Assembly: GCA_964057225.1 (NCBI GenBank)
Contig: OZ059896.1
Coordinates: forward strand, 3,100,001-3,164,000
DNA length: 64,000 nucleotides
Source: Auanema rhodensis
Taxonomy: Eukaryota; Animalia; Nematoda
Direction of reading: 5' to 3'
Below, piece by piece: positions 28,783 through 41,600 of the stretch (within the stretch, counting starts at the first letter, position 1; the number at the start of each line of letters is the position of its first letter). Below the pieces are notes generated by a model. The model did no database searches and had not been told where the DNA came from. It was given only the letters and a program-made list of their open reading frames with translations. The translations under genes were made by a program, and so were the position numbers.

Positions 28783-31700
28783 ATGCACCGAGATATCAAC
28801 TGATATAGGTTCACACTTATATCCTCGATTTTCACCCTGAAGAATTAATTTTTTCGTTGAATAACATTGTCTATCGTTTTTGCCTTGAAAAAAGGAATCT
28901 AAAAACATCTACTTTTTGCTAAATTATTTTCAAATTTTTCGAAAAAATTTTTGTCAAAATGTTTTTGGAAGCAATTTTGAGTGTACATGGAAACTCAACA
29001 TACACTAATGCATCATTTTTCAAACGATCATAACTAATTTTTGTGATGAGCGTTTCTCCATGTAGTATAATGCATTCGATGCGGATTTTTAAGCTGCGTC
29101 GATCTGTGTTATCAGATTTGCGCTAGCTTAAAAATGCACCGAGATATCAACTGATATAAGTTCACACTTATATCCTCGATTTTCACCCTGAAGAATTAAT
29201 TTTTTCGTTGAATAACATTGTCCATCGTTTTTGCCTTGAAAAAAGGAATCTAAAAACATCTACTTTTTGCTAAATTATTTTGAAATTTTTCGAAAAAATT
29301 TTTGTCAAAATGTTTTTGGAAGCAATTTTGAGTGTACATGGAAACTCAACATACACTAATGCATCATTTTTCAAACGATCATAACTAATTTTTGTATTTA
29401 GCTTTTCTCAATGTAGTATAGTGCATTCGATGCGGATTTTTAAGCTGCGTCGATCTGTACTATCAGATTTGCGCTAGCTTGAAAATGCACCGAGATATCA
29501 ACTGATATAAGTTCACACCTATATCCTCGATTTTCACCCTGAAGAATTAATTTTTTCGTTGAATAACATTGTCTATCGTTTTTGCCTTGAAAAAAGGAAT
29601 CTAAAAACTTCTACTTTTTGCTAAATTATTCTCAAATTTTTCGAAAAAATTTTTGTCAAAATGTTTTTGGAAGCAATTTTGAGTGTACATGGAAACTCAA
29701 CATACACTAATGCATCATTTTTCAAACGATCATAACTAATTTTTGTATTTAGCTTTTCTCAATGTAGTATAGTGCATTCGATGCGGATTTTTAAGCTGCG
29801 TCGATCTGTGTTATCAGATTTGCGCTAGCTTAAAAATGCACCGAGATATCAACTGATATAAGTTCACACTTATATCCTCGATTTTCACCCTGGAGAATTA
29901 ATTTTTTCGTTGAATAACATTGTCCATCGTTTTTGCCTTGAAAAAAGGAATCTAAAAACATCTACTTTCTGCTAAATTATTTTGAAATTTTTCGAAAAAA
30001 TTTTTGTCAAAATGTTTTTGGAAGCAATTTTGAGTGTACATGGAAACTCAACATACACTAATGCATCATTTTTCAAACGATCATAACTAATTTTTGTATT
30101 AAGCTTTTCTCAATGAAGTTTAGTGCATTCGATGCGGATTTTTAAGCTGCGTCGATCTGTGTTATCAGATTTGCGCTAGCTTAAAAATGCACCGAGATAT
30201 CAACTGATATAAGTTCACACTTATATCCTCGATTTTCACCCTGAAGAATTAATTTTTTCGTTGAATAACATTGTCCATCGTTTTTGCCTTGAAAAAAGGA
30301 ATCTAAAAACATCTACTTTCTGCTAAATTATTTTGAAATTTTTCGAAAAAATTTTTGTCAAAATGTTTTTGGAAGCAATTTTGAGTGTACATGGAAACTC
30401 AACATACACTAATGCATCATTTTTCAAACGATCATAACTAATTTTTGTATTTAGCTTTTCTCAATGTAGTATAGTGCATTCGATGCGGATTTTTAAGCTG
30501 CGTCGATCTGTGTTATCAGATTTGCGCTAGCTTAAAAATGCACCGAGATATCAACTGATATAAGTTCACACTTATATCCTCGATTTTCACCCTGAAGAAT
30601 TAATTTTTTCGTTGAATAACATTGTCCATCGTTTTTGCCTTGAAAAAAGGAATCTAAAAACATCTACTTTCTGCTAAATTATTTTCAAATTTTTCGAAAA
30701 AATTTTTGTCAAAATGTTTTTGGAAGCAATTTTGAGTGTACATGGAAACTCAACATACACTAATGCATCATTTTTCAAACGATCATAACTAATTTTTGTA
30801 TTTAGCTTTTCTCAATGTAGTATAGTGCATTCGATGCGGATTTTTAAGCTGCGTCGATCTGTGTTATCAGATTTGCGCTAGCTTAAAAATGCACCGAGAT
30901 ATCAACTGATATAAGTTCACACTTATATCCTCGATTTTCACCCTGAAGAATTAATTTTTTCGTTGAATAACATTGTCCATCGTTTTTGCCTTGAAAAAAG
31001 GAATCTAAAAACATCTACTTTCTGCTAAATTATTTTCAAATTTTTCGAAAAAATTTTTGTCAAAATGTTTTTGGAAGCAATTTTGAGTGTACATGGAAAC
31101 TCAACATACACTAATGCATCATTTTTCAAACGATCATAACTAATTTTTGTATTCAGCTTTTCTCAATGTAGTATAGTGCATTCGATGCGGATTTTTAAGC
31201 TGCGTCGATCTGTGTTATCAGATTTGCGCTAGCTTAAAAATGCACCGAGATATCAACTGATATAAGTTTACACTTATATCCTCGATTTTCACCCTGAAGA
31301 AATAATTTTTTCGTTGAATAACATTGTCCATCGTTTTTGCCTTGAAAAAAGGAATCTAAAAACATCTACTTTTTGCTAAATTATTTTGAAATTTTTCGAA
31401 AAAATTTTTGTCAAAATGTTTTTGGAAGCAATTTTGAGTGTACATGGAAACTCAACATACACTAATGCATCATTTTTCAAACGATCATAACTAATTTTTG
31501 TATTAAGCTTTTCTCAATGAAGTTTAGTGCATTCGATGCGGATTTTTAAGCTGCGTCGATCTGTGTTATCAGATTTGCGCTTGCTTAAAAATGCACCGAG
31601 ATATCAACTGATATAAGTTCACACTTATATCCTCGATTTTCACCCTGAAGAATTAATTTTTTCGTTGAATAACATTGTCCATCGTTTTTGCCTTGAAAAA

Positions 31701-32643
31701 AGGAATCTAAAAACATCTACTTTTTGCTAAATTATTTTGAAATTCTTCGAAAAAATTTTTGTCAAAATGTTTTTGGAAGCAATTTTGAGTGTACATGGAA
31801 ACTCAACATACACTAATGCATCATTTTTCAAACGATCATAACTAATTTTTGTATTTAGCTTTTCTCAATGTAATATAGTGCATTCGATGCGGATTTTTAA
31901 GCTGCGTCGATCTGTGTTATCAGATTTGCGCTAGCTTAAAAATGCACCGAGATATCAACTGATATAAGTTCACACTTATATCCTCGATTTTCACCCTGAA
32001 GAATTAATTTTTTCGTTGAATAACATTGTCCATCGTTTTTGCCTTGAAAAAAGGAATCTAAAAACATCTACTTTTTGCTAAATTATTTTGAAATTTTTCG
32101 AAAAAATTTTTGTCAAAATGTTTTTGGAAGCAATTTTGAGTGTACATGGAAACTCAACATACACTAATGCATCATTTTTCAAACGATCATAACTAATTTT
32201 TGTATTTAGCTTTTCTCAATGTAGTTCAGTGCATTCGATGCGGATTTTTAAGCTGTGTCGATCTGTACTATCAGATTTGCGCTAGCTTGAAAATGCACCG
32301 AGATATCAACTGATATAAGTTCACACCTATATCCTCGATTTTCACCCTGAAGAATTAATTTTTTCGTTGAATAACATTGTCTATCGTTTTTGCCTTGAAA
32401 AAAGGAATCTAAAAACATCTACTTTTTGCTAAATTATTTTCAAATTTTTCGAAAAAATTTTTGTCAAAATGTTTTTGGAAGCAATTTTGAGTGTACATGG
32501 AAACTCAACATACACTAATGCATCATTTTTCAAACGATCATAACTAATTTTTGTATTTAGCTTTTCTCAATGTAGTATAGTGCATTCGATGCGGATTTTT
32601 AAGCTGCGTCGATCTGTGTTATCAGATTTGCGCTAGCTTGAAA
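28783..32643. repeat. Subfamily A block, 11 monomers
   Basis: A alleles (first monomer chimeric); ORF-track gap 28673-32692. Confidence 0.95.
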
Positions 32644-35600
32644 ATGCACCGAGATATCAACTGATATAGGTTCACACTTATATCCTCGATTTTCACCGTG
32701 AAGAATTAATTTTTTTGTTGAATAACAATGTCCATCGTCTTTGTCTTGAAAAAAGGAATCTAAAAACATCTACTTTTTGTGAAATTATTTTGAAATTTTT
32801 CGGGAAAATTTTTGTCAAAATGTTTTTGGAAGCAATGTTGAGTGTACATGGAAACTCAACATACACTAATGCATCATTTTTCAAAGGATCATAACTAATT
32901 TTTGTATTGAGCGTTTCTTAATGTAGTATAGTGCATTCGATGCGGATTTTTAAGCTGGGTCGATCTGTGTTATCAGATTTGCGCTACCTTAAAAATACAC
33001 CGAGATATCAACTGATATAAGTTCACACTTATATCCTCGATTTTCACCCTGAAGAATTAATTTTTTTGTTGAATAACAATGTCCATCGTCTTTGTCTTGA
33101 AAAAAAGAATCTAAAAACATCTACTTTTTGTGAAATTATTTTGAAATTTTTCGGGAAACTTTTTGTCAAAATGTTTTTGGAAGCAATGTTGAGTGTACAT
33201 GGAAACTCAACATACACTAATGCATCATTTTTCAAACGATCATAACTAATTTTTGTATTGAGCGTTGCTTAATGTAGTATAGTGCATTCGATGCGGATTT
33301 TTAAGCTGCGTCGATCTGTGTTATCAGATTTGCGCTAGCTTAAAAATGCACCGAGATATCAACTGATATAGGTTCACACTTATATCCTCGATTTTCACCG
33401 TGAAGAATTAATTTTTTTGTTGAATGACAATGTCCATCGTCTTTGTCTTGAAAAAAGAAATCTAAAAACATCTACTTTTTGTAAAATTATTTTGAAATTT
33501 TTCGGGAAAATTTTTGTCAAAATGTTTTTGGAAGCAATGTTGTGTGTACATGGAAACTCAACATACACTAATGCATCATTTTTCAAACGATCATAACTAA
33601 TTTTTGTATTGAGCGTTTCTTAATGTAGTATAGTACATTCGATGCGGATTTTTAAGCTGCGTCGATCTGTGTTATCAGATTTGCGCTAGCTTAAAAATGA
33701 ACCGAGATATCAACCGATATAGATTCACACTTATATCCTCGATTTTCACCCTGAAGATTTAATTTTTTCGTTGAATAACATTGTCCATCGTCTTTGTCTT
33801 GAAAAAAGGAATCTGAAAACATCTACTTTTTGTGAAATTATTTTGAAATTTTTCGGGAAAATTTTTGTCAAAATGTTTTTGGAAGCAATGTTGAGTGTAC
33901 ATGGAAACTCAACATACACTAATGCATCATTTTTCAAACGATCATAACTAATTTTTGTATTGAGCGTTTCTCCATGTAGTATAGTGCATTCGATGCGGAT
34001 GTTTAAGCTGCGTCGATCTGTGTTATCAGATTTGCGCTAGCTTGAAAATGCACCGAGATATCAACTGATATAGGTTCACACTTATATCCTCGATTTTCAC
34101 CGTGAAGAATTAATTTTTTTGTTGAATAACAATGTCCATCGTCTTTGTCTTGAAAAAAGGAATCTAAAAACATCTACTTTTTGTGAAATTATTTTGAAAT
34201 TTTTCGGGAAACTTTTTGTCAAAATGTTTTTGGAAGCAATGTTGAGTGTACATGGAAACTCAACATACACTAATGCATCATTTTTCAAAGGATCATAACT
34301 AATTTTTGTATTGAGCGTTTCTTAATGTAGTATAGTGCATTCGATGCGGATTTTTAAGCTGGGTCGATCTGTGTTATCAGATTTGCGCTACCTTAAAAAT
34401 ACACCGAGATATCAACTGATATAAGTTCACACTTATATCCTCGATTTTCACCCTGAAGAATTAATTTTTTTGTTGAATAACAATGTCCATCGTCTTTGTC
34501 TTGAAAAAAAGAATCTAAAAACATCTACTTTTTGTGAAATTATTTTGAAATTTTTCGGGAAACTTTTTGTCAAAATGTTTTTGGAAGCAATGTTGAGTGT
34601 ACATGGAAACTCAACATACACTAATGCATCATTTTTCAAACGATCATAACTAATTTTTGTATTGAGCGTTTCTTAATGTAGTATAGTGCATTCGATGCGG
34701 ATTTTTAAGCTGGGTCGATCTGTGTTATCAGATTTGCGCTACCTTAAAAATACACCGAGATATCAACTGATATAAGTTCACACTTATATCCTCGATTTTC
34801 ACCCTGAAGAATTAATTTTTTTGTTGAATAACAATGTCCATCGTCTTTGTCTTGAAAAAAAGAATCTAAAAACATCTACTTTTTGTGAAATTATTTTGAA
34901 ATTTTTCGGGAAACTTTTTGTCAAAATGTTTTTGGAAGCAATGTTGAGTGTACATGGAAACTCAACATACACTAATGCATCATTTTTCAAACGATCATAA
35001 CTAATTTTTGTATTGAGCGTTGCTTAATGTAGTATAGTGCATTCGATGCGGATTTTTAAGCTGCGTCGATCTGTGTTATCAGATTTGCGCTAGCTTAAAA
35101 ATGCACCGAGATATCAACTGATATAGGTTCACACTTATATCCTCGATTTTCACCGTGAAGAATTAATTTTTTTGTTGAATGACAATGTCCATCGTGTTTG
35201 TCTTGAAAAAAGAAATCTAAAAACATCTACTTTTTGTAAAATTATTTTGAAATTTTTCGGGAAAATTTTTGTCAAAATGTTTTTGGAAGCAATGTTGTGT
35301 GTACATGGAAACTCAACATACACTAATGCATCATTTTTCAAACGATCATAACTAATTTTTGTATTGAGCGTTTCTTAATGTAGTATAGTACATTCGATGC
35401 GGATTTTTAAGCTGCGTCGATCTGTGTTATCAGATTTGCGCTAGCTTAAAAATGAACCGAGATATCAACTGATATAGATTCACACTTATATCCTCGATTT
35501 TCACCCTGAAGATTTAATTTTTTCGTTGAATAACATTGTCCATCGTCTTTGTCTTGAAAAAAGGAATCTAAAAACATCTACTTTTTGTGAAATTATTTTG

Positions 35601-38600
35601 AAATTTTTCGGGAAAATTTTTGTCAAAATGTTTTTGGAAGCAATGTTGAGTGTACATGGAAACTCAACATACACTAATGCATCATTTTTCAAACGATCAT
35701 AACTAATTTTTGTATTGAGCGTTGCTTAATGTAGTATAGTGCATTCGATGCGGATTTTTAAGCTGCGTCGATCTGTGTTATCAGATTTGCGCTAGCTTAA
35801 AAATGCACCGAGATATCAACTGATATAGGTTCACACTTATATCCTCGATTTTCACCGTGAAGAATTAATTTTTTTGTTGAATGACAATGTCCATCGTCTT
35901 TGTCTTGAAAAAAAAAATCTAAAAACATCTACTTTTTGTAAAATTATTTTGAAATTTTTCGGGAAAATTTTTGTCAAAATGTTTTTGGAAGCAATGTTGT
36001 GTGTACATGGAAACTCAACATACACTAATGCATCATTTTTCAAACGATCATAACTAATTTTTGTATTGAGCGTTTCTTAATGTAGTATAGTGCATTCGAT
36101 GCGGATTTTTAAGCTGCGTCGATCTGTGTTATCAGATTTGCGCTAGCTTAAAAATGAACCGAGATATCAACTGATATAGGTTCACACTTATATCCTCGAT
36201 TTTCACCGTGAAGAATTAATTTTTTTGTTGAATGACAATGTCCATCGTCTTTGTCTTGAAAAAAGGAATCTAAAAACATCTACTTTTTGTAAATTTATTC
36301 TGAAATTTTTCGGGAAAATGTTTGTCAAAATGTTTTTGGAAGCAATGTTGAGTGTACATGGAAACTCAACATACACTAATGCATCATTTTTCAAACAATC
36401 ATAACTAATTTTTGTATTGAGCGTTTCTTAATGTAGTATAGTACATTCGATGCGGATTTTTAAGCTGCGTCGATCTGTGTTATCAGATTTGCGCTAGCTT
36501 AAAAATGAACCGAGATATCAACTGATATAGGTTCACACTTATATCCTCGATTTTCACCCTGAAGATTTAATTTTTTCGTTGAATAACATTGTCCATCGTC
36601 TTTGTCTTGAAAAAAGGAATCTAAAAACATCTACTTTTTGTGAAATTATTTTGAAATTTTTCGGGAAAATTTTTGTCAAAATGTTTTTGGAAGCATTGTT
36701 GAGTGTACATGGAAACTCAACATACACTAATGCATCATTTTTCAAACGATCATAACTAATTTTTGTATTGAGCGTTTCTCCATGTAGTATAGTGCATTCG
36801 ATGCGGATTTTTAAGCTGCGTCGATCTGTGTTATCAGATTTGCGCTAGCTTGAAAATGCACCGAGATATCAACTGATATAGGTTCACACTTATATCCTCG
36901 ATTTTCACCGTGAAGAATTAATTTTTTTGTTGAATAACAATGTCCATCGTCTTTGTCTTGAAAAAAGAAATCTAAAAACATCTACTTTTTGTGAAATTAT
37001 TTTGAAATTTTTCGGGAAACTTTTTGTCAAAATGTTTTTGGAAGCAATGTTGAGTGTACATGGAAACTCAACATACACTAATGCATCATTTTTCAAACGA
37101 TCATAACTAATTTTTGTATTGAGTGTTTCCCAATGTAGTATAGTGCATTCGATGTGGATTTTTAAGCTGCGTCGATCTGTGTTATCAGATTTGCGCTAGC
37201 TTAAAAATGCACCGAGATATCAACTGATATAAGTTCACACTTATATCCTCGATTTTCACCCTGAAGAATTAATTTTTTTGTTGAATAACAATGTCCATCG
37301 TCTTTGTCTTGAAAAAAGGAATCTAAAAACATCTACTTTTTGTGAAATTATTTTGAAATTTTTCGGGAAAATTTTTGTCAAAATGTTTTTGGAAGCAATG
37401 TTGAGTGTACATGGAAACTCAACATACACTAATGCATCATTTTTCAAACGATCATAACTAATTTTTGTATTGAGTGTTTTCCAATGTAGTATAGTGCATT
37501 CGATGTGGATTTTTAAGCTGCGTCGATCTGTGTTATCAGATTTGCGCTAGCTTAAAAATGCACCGAGATATCAACTGATATAAGTTCACACTTATATCCT
37601 CGATTTTCACCCTGAAGAATTAATTTTTTTGTTGAATAACAATGTCCATCGTCTTTGTCTTGAAAAAAGGAATCTAAAAACATCTACTTTTTGTGAAATT
37701 ATTTTGAAATTTTTCGGGAAAATTTTTGTCAAAATGTTTTTGGAAGCAATGTTGAGTGTACATGGAAACTCAACATACACTAATGCATCATTTTTCAAAC
37801 GATCATAACTAATTTTTGTATTGAGTGTTTCCCAATGTAGTATAATGCATTCGATGTGGATTTTTAAGCTGCGTCGATCTGTGTTATCAGATTTGCGCTA
37901 GCTTAAAAATGCACCGAGATATCAACTGATATAAGTTCACACTTATATCCTCGATTTTCACCCTGAAGAATTAATTTTTTTGTTGAATAACAATGTCCAT
38001 CATCTTTGTCTTGAAAAAAGGAATCTAAAAACATCTACTTTCTGTGAAATTATTTTGAAATTTTTCGGGAAAATTTTTGTCAAAATGTTTTTGGAAGCAA
38101 TGTTGAGTGTACATGGAAACTCAACATACACTAATGCATCATTTTTCAAACAATCATAACTAATTTTTGTATTGAGCGTTTCTTAATGTAGTATAGTACA
38201 TTCGATGCGGCTTTTTAAGCTGCGTCGATCTGTGTTATCAGATTTGCGCTAACTTAAAAATGAACCGAGATATCAACTGATATAGGTTCACACTTATATC
38301 CTCGATTTTCACCCTGAAGATTTAATTTTTTCGTTGAATAACATTGTCCATCGTCTTTGTCTTGAAAAAAGGAATCTAAAAACATCTACTTTTTGTGAAA
38401 TTATTTTGAAATTTTTCGGGAAAATTTTTGTCAAAATGTTTTTGGAAGCATTGTTGAGTGTACATGGAAACTCAACATACACTAATGCATCATTTTTCAA
38501 ACGATCATAACTAATTTTTGTATTGAGCGTTTCTCCATGTAGTATAGTGCATTCGATGCGGATTTTTAAGCTGCGTCGATCTGTGTTATCAGATTTGCGC

Positions 38601-41600
38601 TAGCTTGAAAATGCACCGAGATATCAACTGATATAGGTTCACACTTATATCCTCGATTTTCACCGTGAAGAATTAATTTTTTTGTTGAATAACAATGTCC
38701 ATCGTCTTTGTCTTGAAAAAAGGAATCTAAAAACATCTACTTTTTGTGAAATTATTTTGAAATTTTTCGGGAAAATTTTTGTCAAAATGTTTTTGGAAGC
38801 AATGTTGAGTGTACATGGAAACTCAACATACACTAATGCATCATTTTTCAAACGATCATAACTAATTTTTGTATTGAGTGTTTCCCAATGTAGTATAGTG
38901 CATTCGATGTGGATTTTTAAGCTGCGTCGATCTGTGTTATCAGATTTGCGCTAGCTTAAAAATGCACCGAGATATCAACTGATATAAGTTCACACTTATA
39001 TCCTCGATTTTCACCCTGAAGAATTAATTTTTTTGTTGAATAACAATGTCCATCGTCTTTGTCTTGAAAAAAGGAATCTAAAAACATCTACTTTTTGTGA
39101 AATTATTTTGAAATTTTTCGGGAAAATTTTTGTCAAAATGTTTTTGGAAGCAATGTTGAGTGTACATGGAAACTCAACATACACTAATGCATCATTTTTC
39201 AAACGATCATAACTAATTTTTGTATTGAGTGTTTTCCAATGTAGTATAGTGCATTCGATGTGGATTTTTAAGCTGCGTCGATCTGTGTTATCAGATTTGC
39301 GCTAGCTTAAAAATGCACCGAGATATCAACTGATATAAGTTCACACTTATATCCTCGATTTTCACCCTGAAGAATTAATTTTTTTGTTGAATAACAATGT
39401 CCATCATCTTTGTCTTGAAAAAAGGAATCTAAAAACATCTACTTTCTGTGAAATTATTTTGAAATTTTTCGGGAAAATTTTTGTCAAAATGTTTTTGGAA
39501 GCAATGTTGAGTGTACATGGAAACTCAACATACACTAATGCATCATTTTTCAAACGATCATAACTAATTTTTGTATTGAGTGTTTCCCAATGTAGTATAG
39601 TGCATTCGATGTGGATTTTTAAGCTGCGTCGATCTGTGTTATCAGATTTGCGCTAGCTTAAAAATGCACCGAGATATCAACTGATATAAGTTCACACTTA
39701 TATCCTCGATTTTCATCCTGAAGAATTAATTTTTTTGTTGAATAACAATGTCCATCGTCTTTGTCTTGAAAAAAGGAATCTAAAAACATCTACTTTTTGG
39801 GAAATTATTTTGAAATTTTTCGGGAAAATTTTTGTCAAAATGTTTTTGGAAGCAATGTTGAGTGTACATGGAAACTCAACATACACTAATGCATCATTTT
39901 TCAAACGATCATAACTAATTTTTGTATTGAGCGTTTCTCCATGTAGTATAGTGCATTCGATGCGGATTTTTAAGCTGCGTCGATCTGTGTTATCAGATTT
40001 GCGCTAGCTTGAAAATGCACCGAGATATCAACTGATATAGGTTCACACTTATATCCTCGATTTTCACCGTGAAGAATTAATTTTTTTGTTGAATAACAAT
40101 GTCCATCGTCTTTGTCTTGAAAAAAGGAATCTAAAAACATCTACTTTTTGCTAAATTATTTTCAAATTTTTCGAAAAAATTTTTGTCAAAATGTTTTTGG
40201 AAGCAATTTTGAGTGTACATGGAAACTCAACATACACTAATGCATCATTTTTCAAACGATCATAACTAATTTTTGTATTGAGCGTTTCTCCATGTAGTAT
40301 AGTGCATTCGATGCGGATTTTTAAGCTGCGTCGATCTGTGTTATCAGATTTGCGCTAGCTTGAAAATGCACCGAGATATCAACTGATATAGGTTCACACT
40401 TATATCCTCGATTTTCACCGTGAAGAATTAATTTTTTTGTTGAATGACAATGTCCATCGTCTTTGTCTTGAAAAAAGGAATCTAAAAACATCTACTTTTT
40501 GTAAATTTATTCTGAAATTTTTCGGGAAAATGTTTGTCAAAATGTTTTTGGAAGCAATGTTGAGTGTACATGGAAACTCAACATACACTAATGCATCATT
40601 TTTCAAACAATCATAACTAATTTTTGTATTGAGCGTTTCTTAATGTAGTATAGTACATTCGATGCGGCTTTTTAAGCTGCGTCGATCTGTGTTATCAGAT
40701 TTGCGCTAACTTAAAAATGAACCGAGATATCAACTGATATAGGTTCACACTTATATCCTCGATTTTCACCCTGAAGATTTAATTTTTTCGTTGAATAACA
40801 TTGTCCATCGTCTTTGTCTTGAAAGAAGGAATCTAAAAACATCTACTTTTTGTGAAATTATTTTGAAATTTTTCGGGAAAATTTTTGTCAAAATGTTTTT
40901 GGAAGCAATGTTGAGTGTACATGGAAACTCAACATACACTAATGCATCATTTTTCAAACGATCATAACTAATTTTTGTATTGAGCGTTTCTCCATGTAGT
41001 ATAGTGCATTCGATGCGGATTTTTAAGCTGCGTCGATCTGTGTTATCAGATTTGCGCTAGCTTGAAAATGCACCGAGATATCAACTGATATAGGTTCACA
41101 CTTATATCCTCGATTTTCACCGTGAAGAATTAATTTTTTTGTTGAATAACAATGTCCATCGTCTTTGTCTTGAAAAAAGGAATCTAAAAACATCTACTTT
41201 TTGTGAAATTATTTTGAAATTTTTTGGGAAAATTTTTGTCAAAATGTTTTTGGAAGCATTGTTGAGTGTACATGGAAACTCAACATACACTAATGCATCA
41301 TTTTTCAAACGATCATAACTAATTTTTGTATTGAGCGTTTCTCCATGTAGTATAGTGCATTCGATGCGGATTTTTAAGCTGCGTCGATCTGTGTTATCAG
41401 ATTTGCGCTAGCTTGAAAATGCACCGAGATATCAACTGATATAGGTTCACACTTATATCCTCGATTTTCACCGTGAAGAATTAATTTTTTTGTTGAATAA
41501 CAATGTCCATCGTCTTTGTCTTGAAAAAAGGAATCTAAAAACATCTACTTTTTGTGAAATTATTTTGAAATTTTTCGGGAAAATTTTTGTCAAAATGTTT

